From Chrysomallon squamiferum (taxonomy: Eukaryota; Animalia; Mollusca), in the NCBI GenBank assembly GCA_012295275.1, contig CM022670.1:22692001-22756000 (forward strand): a stretch of DNA of 64,000 bases. Direction: 5' to 3'. The notes below the pieces were generated by a model, which did not search any database, had not been told where the DNA came from, and saw nothing but the letters and a program-made list of their open reading frames with translations. Shown in pieces: positions 63,892-64,000 of the stretch. A program made the position numbers and the translations under genes. Numbering within the stretch: position 1 is the stretch's first letter; each line of letters opens with the position of its first letter.

Positions 63892-64000
63892 GCAGCAGTT
63901 TACTCATTTTTAATCTACTGTTATTGGCGTCACACGTGTCACTATAGATACAGTAACAGGAAACCGGAATTTAAAAAAAAAAAAAAATAAAAAAAAAATT

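Overview
AT-rich, microsatellite-rich, intron-containing animal genomic DNA. It is most likely molluscan (gastropod-like), inferred from the lectin/EGF receptor phosphatase architecture and the SINE type. I assembled five protein-coding loci by hand from GT-AG boundaries and translation: (1) the 3' 12 exons of a CABLES gene (+, 1564-8550); (2) a 26-exon receptor protein tyrosine phosphatase with signal peptide, EGF-like repeats, an F-type (fucose) lectin domain, TM helix, intact D1 active site and degenerate D2 (+, 16129-37448); (3) an MFSD2-family lysolipid transporter (-, 39682-48612); (4) a cytosolic-type HMG-CoA synthase, head-to-head with MFSD2 (+, 54264-58814); (5) an intronless divergent profilin-like gene (-, 62618-63004). 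The phosphatase carries three lesions: a frameshift, an in-frame TGA at a conserved Cys, and an apparently missing small PTP-domain exon. MFSD2 and HMGCS each have a 1-nt indel, probably an assembly error. Introns hold MITEs, a degenerate SINE and several minisatellites, one of them built from a tandemly amplified 3' splice site. All coordinates were read manually and no database search was run.
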